Assembly (NCBI GenBank): GCA_045046875.1
Contig: JASFYY010000048.1
Span: 16,298 to 80,297, forward strand
From: Verrucomicrobiota bacterium
GTDB taxonomy: Bacteria > Verrucomicrobiota > Verrucomicrobiia > Verrucomicrobiales > DEV007
Direction: 5' to 3'
Length of the DNA stretch: 64,000 nucleotides
The notes beneath the pieces were generated by a model. It had not been told where the DNA came from and did not search any database. It saw only the letters and a program-made list of their open reading frames with translations. The translations under genes and the position numbers were made by a program. This document shows positions 38,566 through 48,412 of this stretch, piece by piece (position 1 is the stretch's first letter; every line of letters starts with the position of its first letter).

Positions 38566-40287
38566 CTACAAACAACGGTTTTTCTTCACCCCCACATAAG
38601 CGGCAAACATACCCACCGCAAAATGGATCGTCAATACCAGTAAACACAACCAGGAAGCTTGCAAGGATGTGTCGATCACACTGTCCACCGCACCCAGTGT
38701 TTTGCTATCCAGCGAAGAAACCCCGCCCGACCAAGCCCAGTATGCCGAAATAAACGGACGACTCAGCCACTCGGCAAAACTCGGCAAAGCCAACACCGCA
38801 CCTGACAAAGGCAGTTGGAATCCCACCAGATAAACACTCAGCAGGGATGACTGTTCCGCCGACTTACTCATCGCCGATATGCCCAGACAAATCGCCGTCA
38901 TCGCGGCATTGACCGCCAACAACAAAGCTAGATGCATACTAAAATTGGCCGTTGGCAAATGACAAATATTCTGTACAAAAATAGCCATCCAAAACGATTG
39001 CACCACCACCAACACACCAAGAAATGCCACTTTGCTGGCAAGGTAACTCAGCGGATTCAGCCCCCCAAAACGCTCTTTCTCGTAAATCTGCCTTTCACCG
39101 GCAATTTCCCGCGCAGAGTTATTGGATGCCATCAAGGTCAGCAGAATAACCTGGAACATGATCAAACCGGAAATCAAACCGCCGGTTTTCAGGTGGTTTT
39201 TAAAAATATCCGCCTGTTGATTCGCTTCCTCTATCGGGTTCGCCGCGATGCTCTCCGACAAACTTTTGATCGGCTCGATGCCATCCAAGGCAAAAATCAC
39301 CACCAGCACAGGAAATCCAATCAGAATGGCAATCTGAAGAAAAAGCTGCCCACCGTCACGAAGGAAAAGTTTCCAACGGCGAAACAGTAGAGTCAGAAAC
39401 TGGACAAAAAAACCAGGCATCGCCGCTGACAAAGTGATCGTGCCATCCACGGGAACCCCCTCATTTTTCTGTGGAGCGACCTGGGCGGCAGAATCCAAAG
39501 CTTCGTAATAATTGGCCCGGTGTTTCTTCCATGACTGCGCCCAATCGTCGCTCTCTCGTTTTGCCAGTCGTGGATAAACATCCTCGGCTATTGTCACGCT
39601 GAAATAATGCTCTAACGCGCGTGGTTGCCCATGATAAACCACCTTACCTTCATGCAACACCAATACCGAATCATAAAGATCGAGATTCGCCAAACTATGC
39701 GTCACGTTGATCACTATACGCCCGGATTCCCGCGACAATTTATGCAAAAGCTTCACCACTTCCTGCTCGGATTTGGGATCCAAACCACTGGTCACCTCAT
39801 CACAGAGCAGTAACACAGGATTGGTCACCAACTCCAAGGCAAGGGACAAGCGTCGTCGCTGCCCCCCGGAAAGCACTCTGACTGGCCGCCCCCTGATAGC
39901 AGTCAGCCCCGTATCCTCCATCACTTTTTCGAGCAAGTCGTGAAACGCTGCCCGGCCGCGGGTTCGAACCCTCAAGCGGATCGCCCCCCTGATGCTTTCT
40001 TCCACGGTCAGCAATTCGTAAGCAATACTGAACTGGGGAACGTAACCAATCTCGGAAGGTTCAAGATCCCCTTCCTCTGACAAGTCCCTGCCATTCCAAT
40101 AAAGATTGCCTTTACTCTCCACATTCAAGCCCGCGATCACCTTTAACAAAGTGGTTTTACCGCAGCCCGATGGGCCAACGATCGCCATGAAATGACCGGG
40201 ATGGATCTTTAAAGTGGCATCATCAATGAGATGCACTTCTTCGTCATCTTTCTCAATCGAGAAATAAATATCTTTTAGTTCGAGCAC
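38566..40287 (-). CDS. ABC transporter, fused ATPase-permease (ABCG/ABC-2-like)
   Basis: GPSGCGKTT, LSGGQRRR, CDEVTSGLD, then multi-TM domain with REIAGERQIYEKER. Confidence 0.9.
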   Translation of the reverse strand: MLELKDIYFSIEKDDEEVHLIDDATLKIHPGHFMAIVGPSGCGKTTLLKVIAGLNVESKGNLYWNGRDLSEEGDLEPSEIGYVPQFSIAYELLTVEESIRGAIRLRVRTRGRAAFHDLLEKVMEDTGLTAIRGRPVRVLSGGQRRRLSLALELVTNPVLLLCDEVTSGLDPKSEQEVVKLLHKLSRESGRIVINVTHSLANLDLYDSVLVLHEGKVVYHGQPRALEHYFSVTIAEDVYPRLAKRESDDWAQSWKKHRANYYEALDSAAQVAPQKNEGVPVDGTITLSAAMPGFFVQFLTLLFRRWKLFLRDGGQLFLQIAILIGFPVLVVIFALDGIEPIKSLSESIAANPIEEANQQADIFKNHLKTGGLISGLIMFQVILLTLMASNNSAREIAGERQIYEKERFGGLNPLSYLASKVAFLGVLVVVQSFWMAIFVQNICHLPTANFSMHLALLLAVNAAMTAICLGISAMSKSAEQSSLLSVYLVGFQLPLSGAVLALPSFAEWLSRPFISAYWAWSGGVSSLDSKTLGAVDSVIDTSLQASWLCLLVLTIHFAVGMFAAYVGVKKNRCL

Positions 40288-40379
40288 AGCGTGAGTTATG
40301 TTGAAGTTCGTTTAACGTGGGGTTTTAGACACAAGACTAATAATAATGTTCGGCAATGACGAATTAAAGCTAGGAAAAA

Positions 40380-41852
40380 ATGGGCACGAAATCACGTAAG
40401 AATAGAAAAAAGAGCAAACAACAGTCCTCCACAGCCTTAAAATGGCTGCTCGTTACCTGTGGTTTGTTGGCTGTCGTTGTTTTTATCGGTGTTTTTGTGA
40501 TCAAAAATTTCGCAATCAACTTTCTCAAAAGTGATTCCTTTCGTGATTATATAATCACCGCAACGGAAGAAAAGTTGCACGCAGATATTGAGCTACAACA
40601 ACTGCGCTGGGAAGGCTCCACCGTTTACGCCGATACTTGGCGCGCGCAAGGCCATGCGAATGCCGCCTTTTCTAAAATAGAAATGGACGGCATGCGTGCC
40701 ACTCTCGACGGGGTGGAGGACGCGGCCTTACAGATTCCCGAGATCCGCATCAATCAAGTTTCCCTGGAGTTTTCCAAACAAAAACGAGCAAACGACCCCT
40801 CAACTGAAGTCAAAGCACCAAGCCGCGACACAAAAACAAGCTCCTCCCCCATTCCCTCCTGGTTGAAAAACTGGGTCCCCAACAGAGTCGAAACCGGTGT
40901 GATTCACGTCGGGGCCACCAACCTGACCTTTCGAGATGAACAAGGAACCCAACAACTCGCCCTCACTTCTGTGGAAACTCAATCCAAGCCAATGAGCAGT
41001 CCCGGTTCCTGGGAGATCCAAGCGCGCAATGGTCAACTCTCATTAGCCAACTTCCCCACCCTCTCCATCCGCAAGTTTGAAACCCGCTGGAACCACAATG
41101 ACATTTTCATCAACCAGGCTGAACTCGTTTTTTATGACAGCGCTGAAATCAGCGGCAGTGGCGACATTCTGCTTGGCTCCCGCCCTGAGTTGAACCTCGA
41201 TTTGAAACTCAGCAATCTCGACACAGCAAACCTGCTCTCCGCCGATTGGAAGAAAAAAATCACCGGCACTCTTCACGGAGATTTCACCATCAAGGGCGAA
41301 CCAGGCAAAAGAAGCAGTCTTATCAGTAAAGGTAAACTCCAGTTGAAAAACGGAGTCATTGAAGGACTGCCCATGCTCGAACTGATCGCCACTTACACCA
41401 AGATGCAACGGTTCAAACGCCTCGCGCTGCATCAAGCCAGTGCTGATTTTGTGAAAAAAGGCGACCGTATCGAGATCAGCAAGCTGATCCTGCAATCCGA
41501 TGGCCTCACCCGCTTAGAAGGATCTTTCACCCTCGTAAACCGCCAAATCAGTAATGGTAAATTTCGTCTAGGTGTGACACCCGGCACCTTGCGCTGGATC
41601 CCCGGTGCCGAACAAAAAGTGTTCACCCAGGCTCAAGACGGATTTTTATGGACCCCACTGGTGATCAGCGGCAGCCTTGACCAACCTAAAGAAGATCTCA
41701 CCGCCAGACTCACCGGTGCCGCGATCGAAACCCTGGTCAACGACGCTCCCGCTCAAGCCACCGATGCCGCCAAAAAAATACTTAGCAACCCTTCGGGCGC
41801 AATTGACACAGGAAAAAAACTGATCGACTCATTGATCCCGCTGCTGAAATAA
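40380..41852 (+). CDS. AsmA-like membrane-anchored protein
   Basis: Basic N-terminus with one TM, beta-rich body, C-terminal PLVISGSLDQPKEDL. Confidence 0.7.
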   Translation: MGTKSRKNRKKSKQQSSTALKWLLVTCGLLAVVVFIGVFVIKNFAINFLKSDSFRDYIITATEEKLHADIELQQLRWEGSTVYADTWRAQGHANAAFSKIEMDGMRATLDGVEDAALQIPEIRINQVSLEFSKQKRANDPSTEVKAPSRDTKTSSSPIPSWLKNWVPNRVETGVIHVGATNLTFRDEQGTQQLALTSVETQSKPMSSPGSWEIQARNGQLSLANFPTLSIRKFETRWNHNDIFINQAELVFYDSAEISGSGDILLGSRPELNLDLKLSNLDTANLLSADWKKKITGTLHGDFTIKGEPGKRSSLISKGKLQLKNGVIEGLPMLELIATYTKMQRFKRLALHQASADFVKKGDRIEISKLILQSDGLTRLEGSFTLVNRQISNGKFRLGVTPGTLRWIPGAEQKVFTQAQDGFLWTPLVISGSLDQPKEDLTARLTGAAIETLVNDAPAQATDAAKKILSNPSGAIDTGKKLIDSLIPLLK

Positions 41853-41880
41853 TTCGTAGCCCCCACCAAGCCTGCCCGTC

Positions 41881-43194
41881 ATGATGTTTGAACACATTTT
41901 CAGAGGATTCATCGGAGTCACGATCCTGATCACCCTCTGCTTTTTGTTAAGCAGTGGACGCAAACAAATCAACTGGCGACTGGTCACTAACGGTTTGTTA
42001 CTGCAGCTCACTCTCGCCGTCCTGATTCTCAAAGTGCCCGGCTTCGAATCCTTCATCGGTTGGGTTTCGTCACTCTTTCTGGTGCTCATCGAATTCACCG
42101 AAGCCGGATCCCGCGTCGTATTTGGCGATCTGCTGGACGTCCGCCACTACGGCATCGCCTTCAAATTACTGCCCACCATCATTTTTGTATCCGCGCTGAC
42201 TTCGGCGCTCTACTACCTCGGCATTCTGCAACGCGTGGTGATGGTTTTTGCCTGGATCATGAAACGACTGATGCATCTGTCCGGCGCCGAAAGCCTCGCC
42301 ACAGCAGCCAATGTGTTTGTCGGTCAAACCGAAGCTCCTCTGTTGATCAAACCTTACATCGCCGGCATGACCCGCTCCGAAATCATGGCCCTGATGACCG
42401 GTGGCATGGCCACCATCGCCGGCAGTGTGTTTGCCCTCTATGTCGGCATCCTCGGCGGAGATGATCCAGTCGCCCAACAACGTTTTGCCAAACTGCTGCT
42501 CACCGCTTCGATGATCAATGCGCCCGCCGCCCTGTTGGTGGCAAAAATCATGCTTCCTGAAACGGGCAAGGTGAATACGCGGATGGAAATCTCCCGCGAG
42601 CAACTGGGCAGCAATCTGCTCGACGCCATAGCCAGTGGCACCACCCAGGGTGCCAAACTCGCCATCAACGTAGCAGCTATGCTGATCGTCTTCATCGCCA
42701 TGATCGCCATGGTGAATTATTTTCTCGGTTGGGTAGGGAATCTGGTTTTTATCGGCAGCGACGCGCAGGTCGGCCTGGTCGATTCCTGGATTCAACAATT
42801 GAGCGATGGCACTTTCAAACACCTATCGCTGCAAGCCCTTGTAGGTTTTCTCTTTGCTCCACTCGCCTGGGCGATCGGCGTGAGCGGCGGCGACACCTTG
42901 CAAGTCGGCCAACTGCTCGGCATCAAAACCGTCACCAACGAATTCATCGCCTACCAACAGATGGGCGAACTCATGAGCACTGGCAGTCTCAGCGGAAAAA
43001 CCATCTTTGTCACCACCTTCGCGCTGTGCGGATTTGCCAACTTCGGCTCAGTCGGCATCCAACTCGCCGGCATCGGAGGCCTGGCCCCCGAACAACGCCC
43101 CACCCTGGTCGCACTCGGCATCAAAGCCATGATCGGTGGCACCATCGCCAGCCTGTTAACCGCCAGCATCGCCGGCATGTTTTATTCCCAATAA
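41881..43194 (+). CDS. nupC: NupC/CNT-family nucleoside transporter
   Basis: INWRLV, LSGAES, FVGQTEAPL, MATIAGSV, ALCGFANFGS. Confidence 0.92.
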   Translation: MMFEHIFRGFIGVTILITLCFLLSSGRKQINWRLVTNGLLLQLTLAVLILKVPGFESFIGWVSSLFLVLIEFTEAGSRVVFGDLLDVRHYGIAFKLLPTIIFVSALTSALYYLGILQRVVMVFAWIMKRLMHLSGAESLATAANVFVGQTEAPLLIKPYIAGMTRSEIMALMTGGMATIAGSVFALYVGILGGDDPVAQQRFAKLLLTASMINAPAALLVAKIMLPETGKVNTRMEISREQLGSNLLDAIASGTTQGAKLAINVAAMLIVFIAMIAMVNYFLGWVGNLVFIGSDAQVGLVDSWIQQLSDGTFKHLSLQALVGFLFAPLAWAIGVSGGDTLQVGQLLGIKTVTNEFIAYQQMGELMSTGSLSGKTIFVTTFALCGFANFGSVGIQLAGIGGLAPEQRPTLVALGIKAMIGGTIASLLTASIAGMFYSQ

Positions 43195-43201
43195 AAACAA
43201 G

Positions 43202-43750
43202 TTACTGTTTTTTTGGATTGATCCGCAATTTATTGCTCTGGCCACGCCCTCTTTCCTCAGCCCAAACCCGGTGAATATGTTTATAGATTCGATCAAGGAT
43301 CTCCACTGCCTCCACTCGGAATTCCGCCGTGCGGGCATGGGTCGTGGTTGGGTAATGTTTGATCACCTGGGTCCAGACTTCATCGGTTCCGGTTCGGCTG
43401 GTCACGCCCTCGGCGACACTTTTTAGCCGGTCAATCGCATTTTTCCCCAAGGCCAGCGGAGAGCCTTCGCCCACCGCTTCAATAAAATAAAACCTCGCCG
43501 TCTGGGAGCCCGTGGTATCAACCGTCACCTCGTACACCCGAGCCGCGCCATCGACAACATACTGGTGCTGACTGACCGAGCTGATTGTATCCAATCGAGC
43601 AAGAAAACGTCCGCCTGGCAATTCAATTTCCCAAAAACCTTTGATGCCCGCATCTCCACCATTGTTTGCCTGGGCCGCCAGATTCCCCGTGCTAACAAAA
43701 AACAAGGCTAATAAAATCAGGCAAATCGTTGGAAGTTTAGTTTTCATCAT
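43202..43750 (-). CDS. Exported hypothetical protein
   Basis: Signal peptide from ATG 43750; FWEIELPGG, HYPTTTHA. Confidence 0.7.
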   Translation of the reverse strand: MMKTKLPTICLILLALFFVSTGNLAAQANNGGDAGIKGFWEIELPGGRFLARLDTISSVSQHQYVVDGAARVYEVTVDTTGSQTARFYFIEAVGEGSPLALGKNAIDRLKSVAEGVTSRTGTDEVWTQVIKHYPTTTHARTAEFRVEAVEILDRIYKHIHRVWAEERGRGQSNKLRINPKKQ

Positions 43751-43860
43751 ATTCAGGTGTCGTGGGGTTGATATAAGTTTGAGATCAAGCCAATATCCAC
43801 CTAGCTTGCCCATTCCCCTAGCCTTTTTTTAAATCGCTCGAATTTTTCTAGCAAACAAAC

Positions 43861-44313
43861 ATGACATCCAAAGCTTACCGTCCCAACGTCGCTGCCATCC
43901 TACAGAAAAGCGATGGCAAAATCCTGATCTGCCAGCGCGCCGATTTCCCCGACTGCTGGCAGTTCCCCCAGGGCGGCATCGATGAGGGCGAAATCGCTCT
44001 GCAAGCCCTGCACCGTGAGCTTGAAGAAGAAACCGGTTTGCAAATTTCGCACTACGAAGTGCTCGATAGCCATGATGGTTATCGTTATGATTTCCCCGCA
44101 GGCTCTCCACTTAAAAAAGGATTCATCGGACAAGAGCAAACTTATTACCTCTGTCGTTTCACCGGCCAGAACAGTGACATCGACCTCAACACTCACAACA
44201 TCGAGTTCACCCATTTCCGCTGGATCAATCCCAACGAATTTCAAGCCGACTGGCTACCCGATTTCAAACAAAAGGTCGTCCTGCAAGCGATGAAAGATCT
44301 GCTCAAGATTTAA
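43861..44313 (+). CDS. Nudix hydrolase, RppH-like
   Basis: YRPNV, WQFPQGGIDEGE...RELEEETG, GQEQ, FK. Confidence 0.88.
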   Translation: MTSKAYRPNVAAILQKSDGKILICQRADFPDCWQFPQGGIDEGEIALQALHRELEEETGLQISHYEVLDSHDGYRYDFPAGSPLKKGFIGQEQTYYLCRFTGQNSDIDLNTHNIEFTHFRWINPNEFQADWLPDFKQKVVLQAMKDLLKI

Positions 44314-44576
44314 TCTCGTTTAAACAGGCGATAAAAAGCAATCGCAAGCACTGCTACGCAAGTCCCTTTCCACAGCAACAACCACCAAGGCCGCCACCAC
44401 GCCCCCGTTTGCACTTCGACCAGATCACTGATCCCGAAGGCAAAAAAGGCCATCGCGAAAACCAGAAATAATCCATGCTGATCCGCCTTCCCCTTAAAAA
44501 TACAAAAGGCAAAAAAAACCGCCATCCCCATCCACAAAACCGCCTCAGCGTAATTGAACCAAAGAAATATCTGCAT
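44310..44576 (-). CDS. Small membrane protein
   Basis: Three hydrophobic segments; FGISDLVEVQTGAWWRPWWLL. Confidence 0.65.
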   Translation of the reverse strand: MQIFLWFNYAEAVLWMGMAVFFAFCIFKGKADQHGLFLVFAMAFFAFGISDLVEVQTGAWWRPWWLLLWKGTCVAVLAIAFYRLFKRD

Positions 44577-44645
44577 CCTCCCTACTCTCCCCATTCGCGT
44601 CCATTTTGACCATCGAAATCTTGGCGCAGTTGCTTCGCAGCCCCC

Positions 44646-45587
44646 TTAATTCCCAATCCCCAGCTCCCCCAACCACTGCGCACAAATCTCCGGCCATTTG
44701 GCCACCCGGTCATCGGTCTTTTTCATCCCAAACCCATGCCCGCCCTTGGCAAAAATATGCAATTCGGTCGGCACCCCGGCTCGCTTGAGGGCAATATACA
44801 AATGCGCACTGCCTTCCCCCCAGGCTTTGTCATTATGGGCCGCCACTAAAAAAACCGGTGGGGTGTTTTTATTCACCGCGATACCGCTCGCCAGTTTATC
44901 AGGATTTTTTTCATCCTGAATGTAGGCCGCATAAACCAGCACCGCAAAATCAGGCCGACTGCTGACCGAATCGATTTCCGCATCCTGAGGATATGTGCGT
45001 GGCTTATCATACTGAGACAAAACCATTGTCGCCAAATGCCCGCCAGCCGAAAAACCAAGAATGCCAATTTTTTTGGGATCGATCCCCCACTCTCCAGCTC
45101 GTTTGCGCACCAGACTCATCGCTCGCTGTGCGTCCTGCAGCGGTGCCTGGCTTTTATCCAAACCCTTTCGCCGCGGCACCCGGTATTTTAACAACACCGC
45201 AGTGATACCCAGTTGATTCAACCACTTACAAACCTCAGTGCCTTCATGGGACATCGCCAGAATATTGTAACCACCTCCGGGACAGACCAAAACCGCCGCA
45301 CCACTGTTCTCAATCCCTTTCCCAGGACGGTAAAGTGTGATGGTCGCTTGGGTCACATTGGTCAGCCTCACCAAGCCGTCTCCCCGTTCAATCGTTTTTT
45401 CAGCAGCCACATCACCCTTCTCACCCGGCACCTCACCCGCCCAAAGCGGAATCGGCTCTCCTACCACCGAGCTCGGATCGGCAGTCAAATCACCAGCCGC
45501 AAGAAAAGTCACGGCCAGCAAAGCCGCCATTTGAAAGTTCAAGCGGCGCTTCAGCGTCGGGCAAATAAGGGGAGTCATTAGTTTCAT
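44646..45587 (-). CDS. Exported alpha/beta hydrolase (acetyl/xylan esterase-like)
   Basis: CPGGGY, HEG, GFSAGG nucleophile elbow, RPDF, GGHGFG. Confidence 0.88.
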   Translation of the reverse strand: MKLMTPLICPTLKRRLNFQMAALLAVTFLAAGDLTADPSSVVGEPIPLWAGEVPGEKGDVAAEKTIERGDGLVRLTNVTQATITLYRPGKGIENSGAAVLVCPGGGYNILAMSHEGTEVCKWLNQLGITAVLLKYRVPRRKGLDKSQAPLQDAQRAMSLVRKRAGEWGIDPKKIGILGFSAGGHLATMVLSQYDKPRTYPQDAEIDSVSSRPDFAVLVYAAYIQDEKNPDKLASGIAVNKNTPPVFLVAAHNDKAWGEGSAHLYIALKRAGVPTELHIFAKGGHGFGMKKTDDRVAKWPEICAQWLGELGIGN

Positions 45588-45809
45588 CGTTATAATAAGA
45601 AGATCAGCAAAACCTCGCAGATTGTGTAGTTTTAAAAACTATTATAATTCATCGACAAATAAACCAAGGATAAAACGCTTTTAAAAGTAGAAATCAACGA
45701 ACAAAACCTGAGCAAAAATCGTCCAAATATCAGAAGTAACACATCGACAAGGCTTCCCCTTTTTTGATAATATCCAAATAATAAGAGCAGCCTAGATAAA
45801 GCACGGCGA

Positions 45810-46850
45810 ATGACAGCCAATAAACACGCCCCCTTCACTCGAGAAACCGAACGCCGCACCAGGCGCTGGTTTCCGTGGAATCTACTGCGACCTGGCCGGG
45901 GTACTGCCAAATTCTCCCGCAAACCCACTGCCGAGTCCGCTCCCAAGCAAATACGCATCGGCTTGGCTTTATCCTCCGGCGGCGCCAAAGGTCTTGCTCA
46001 CGTCGGGGTTATACAAGTGCTCGAAGAAAATGACATCCACATCGACGCCATTGCCGGGTGCAGCATGGGCGCTTATGTAGGATCGTTATGGGCGGCTGGT
46101 TTTAACGGGCAACAAATGGCTAAACTAGCAGCGGAGTTGGACACCAATCGCGACATGCTCAAACTGGTCGACCCGATCTTCCCTCCCCGCCGCGGTTTCA
46201 TTCACGGTGACAAGCTCGAAGACTGGCTGGCTCGCTCGCTCAAAGACGCCAGCTTCGACCAATTAGAAAAACCGCTCTACGTGGTCGCCACCGAACTCGA
46301 CGGTTTTGCCCGTAAGGTTTTTCATCAGGGAGACGTGGTCTCAGCCGTGCGCGCCAGCCTGTCGATCCCCGGCATCTTGGAACCGGCAGTGCGTGATGGG
46401 GTGGAATATGTCGACGGTGGTGTCTCCGATCCCTTACCCGTCGACGTGTTGAAAGATCACGGTATCGATGCCGTTATCGCCGTGAATGTCATCCCCTCGA
46501 TTGAAGATTTAAAAAACTGCCGTCTCAAAGCGCAGTTGATCCAAAAAAACAAACGTTGGTGGCAGCACCCCGCCTCCTGGCTCAATCAGAAACTCAACTA
46601 TTTTGCCAAAGGCAACCTGCTCGACATCCTGCGCGGAGCGGCCATGGGTTCACAGATTCGCCTACTCGAAGAATGTTCCAAACGCGCCGACGTATTGCTG
46701 CGTCCCATCGTCTGCGATTCGAGTTGGCACAACTACACCAATTACGAAGAATACATTCAAACCGGTCGTGAAATCGCCACAGCCAAACTACCGGAAATCA
46801 AAGCCCTGATCGCGGCCTGCGATCAGGCTAAAACGCTAAACGCCCAATGA
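45810..46850 (+). CDS. Patatin-like phospholipase/esterase
   Basis: LSSGGAKGLAHVG, GCSMG, VDGG. Confidence 0.9.
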   Translation: MTANKHAPFTRETERRTRRWFPWNLLRPGRGTAKFSRKPTAESAPKQIRIGLALSSGGAKGLAHVGVIQVLEENDIHIDAIAGCSMGAYVGSLWAAGFNGQQMAKLAAELDTNRDMLKLVDPIFPPRRGFIHGDKLEDWLARSLKDASFDQLEKPLYVVATELDGFARKVFHQGDVVSAVRASLSIPGILEPAVRDGVEYVDGGVSDPLPVDVLKDHGIDAVIAVNVIPSIEDLKNCRLKAQLIQKNKRWWQHPASWLNQKLNYFAKGNLLDILRGAAMGSQIRLLEECSKRADVLLRPIVCDSSWHNYTNYEEYIQTGREIATAKLPEIKALIAACDQAKTLNAQ

Positions 46851-48352
46851 GCACCTTGTCAGCCAGACATCCATTGCGAAAAAACTGGGATCAACTGGAT
46901 TCGGCTACCCTGCGCGAGTTGCAACTGAAACAGCTGCGGCATTTCCTCAAACAAACCGTCTTACCCTTCTCCAAACACTACCGCGAGCTTTTCCACCAAC
47001 ACGGCCTGAGTCCCGATGACCTGCAATCTTGGAATGATCTCACCAAGATTCCTTTCACCTCAAAGAAGGATCTACTGACTTCCCCCGAGCACCCCGACCG
47101 AAACAAGGACTTCGTCATCGTTCCCGATGAAGCTCTGCTCAAACGTCGCCCGGCCACTATTTTCCGAGCCCTTACCCGCGGTGCAGCGAACGCAAAAGCC
47201 AGCCTCGAACAAGAATACCGCCCCATCATGATGACCAGCACCACCGGTCGATCCAGCGAACCTGTGCCGTTTTTCTACACTCATCACGACATCGAGAATC
47301 TCAAGCTCACCGGTCGCCGCTTGATGGAGATCTGCGAGTCGCAGCCGGACTTCCGTCACATCAACATGTTCCCCTTTGCCCCGCACCTGGCTTTTTGGCA
47401 GGCCCACTACGCAGGCACCGGTTTTAATACCTTCTGCATCAGCACCGGAGGCGGCAAGGTGATGGGCACCTCGGGCAATGTGATGCTGTTGGGCAAAATC
47501 AAACCCGATGCGCTGATCGGCATGCCCACTTTTATCTATCACGTCCTGACCGAGGCGATCAGCGAAGGCGTGCGCTGCGACAGTCTCAAGCGTTTTGTGC
47601 TCGGTGGCGAAAAAGTTCCCAATGGCATGAGACGCAAACTGCGCGCGCTCGCGGCTAAACTGGGATCCGACAATGTCGAAGTGATGGCCACCTACGCCTT
47701 CACCGAATCCAAAACCGCCTGGCCGGAGTGCCCCGCCCACGGCACCGAAAAAACCGAGTCCTCTGGTTACCACATCTACCCCGATCTGGGCATCATCGAA
47801 ATCGTCAATCCCGAGACTGGTGAAACCATGCCCGAAGGACAACCCGGCGAAATCGTTTACACCCCGCTCGACAGCCGCGGCACGGTCGTTCTGCGCTACC
47901 GAACCGGGGACTGCATCAGCGGCGGCATCACTTACCAGACCTGCCCACAATGTGGACGCAACTGCCCGCGTCTGCTGGGTCGCATTTCGCGAGTGTCCGA
48001 CATCCACCGTCTGCAAATCGGAAAAATCAAAGGCACTCTGGTTAACTTCAATGATCTCGAACATATCCTCGATGACATCGAAGGCATCGGAGCCTGGCAG
48101 ATTGAGATCCGCAAAAAAAATGACGACCCGATGCAGACGGATGAAATCATCGTGCACGCCCAGGCGCAGGACAACCAGGATGAAAATCAACTCTCTGAGG
48201 AAATCAGTCAACAATTCCAATCCAAAGCGGAGCTACGCCCTAACCAGGTAATCTTCCACGACACCGAAACTTTGAAAAAAATGCAAGGGGTGGGTGTCGC
48301 TATCAAAGAAGACAAAATCGTCGACCACCGCCCCAAAAATAAAAAATCCTGA
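46847..48352 (+). CDS. Phenylacetate-CoA ligase-family adenylating enzyme
   Basis: IPFTSK, TSTTGRS, YAFTE, RYRTGD, IKGTLV; ATGA overlap with the patatin gene. Confidence 0.8.
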   Translation: MSTLSARHPLRKNWDQLDSATLRELQLKQLRHFLKQTVLPFSKHYRELFHQHGLSPDDLQSWNDLTKIPFTSKKDLLTSPEHPDRNKDFVIVPDEALLKRRPATIFRALTRGAANAKASLEQEYRPIMMTSTTGRSSEPVPFFYTHHDIENLKLTGRRLMEICESQPDFRHINMFPFAPHLAFWQAHYAGTGFNTFCISTGGGKVMGTSGNVMLLGKIKPDALIGMPTFIYHVLTEAISEGVRCDSLKRFVLGGEKVPNGMRRKLRALAAKLGSDNVEVMATYAFTESKTAWPECPAHGTEKTESSGYHIYPDLGIIEIVNPETGETMPEGQPGEIVYTPLDSRGTVVLRYRTGDCISGGITYQTCPQCGRNCPRLLGRISRVSDIHRLQIGKIKGTLVNFNDLEHILDDIEGIGAWQIEIRKKNDDPMQTDEIIVHAQAQDNQDENQLSEEISQQFQSKAELRPNQVIFHDTETLKKMQGVGVAIKEDKIVDHRPKNKKS

Positions 48353-48412
48353 TTACCTTATTCATTCGTGCCATTGCTATCAATCGCGCTTAACATTTAA
48401 AAGATCCACCCC

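Noticed and set aside
45600..45800. Direct repeats (CATCGACAA twice, TCCAAATA twice) in the divergent promoter region
   Set aside because: Short matches in AT-rich DNA; not enough to call an operator
47072..48220. 382-aa minus-strand ORF (and similar ones at 13242-14006, 57918-58655, 8569-9285)
   Set aside because: Antisense shadows of real genes, expected from biased codon usage
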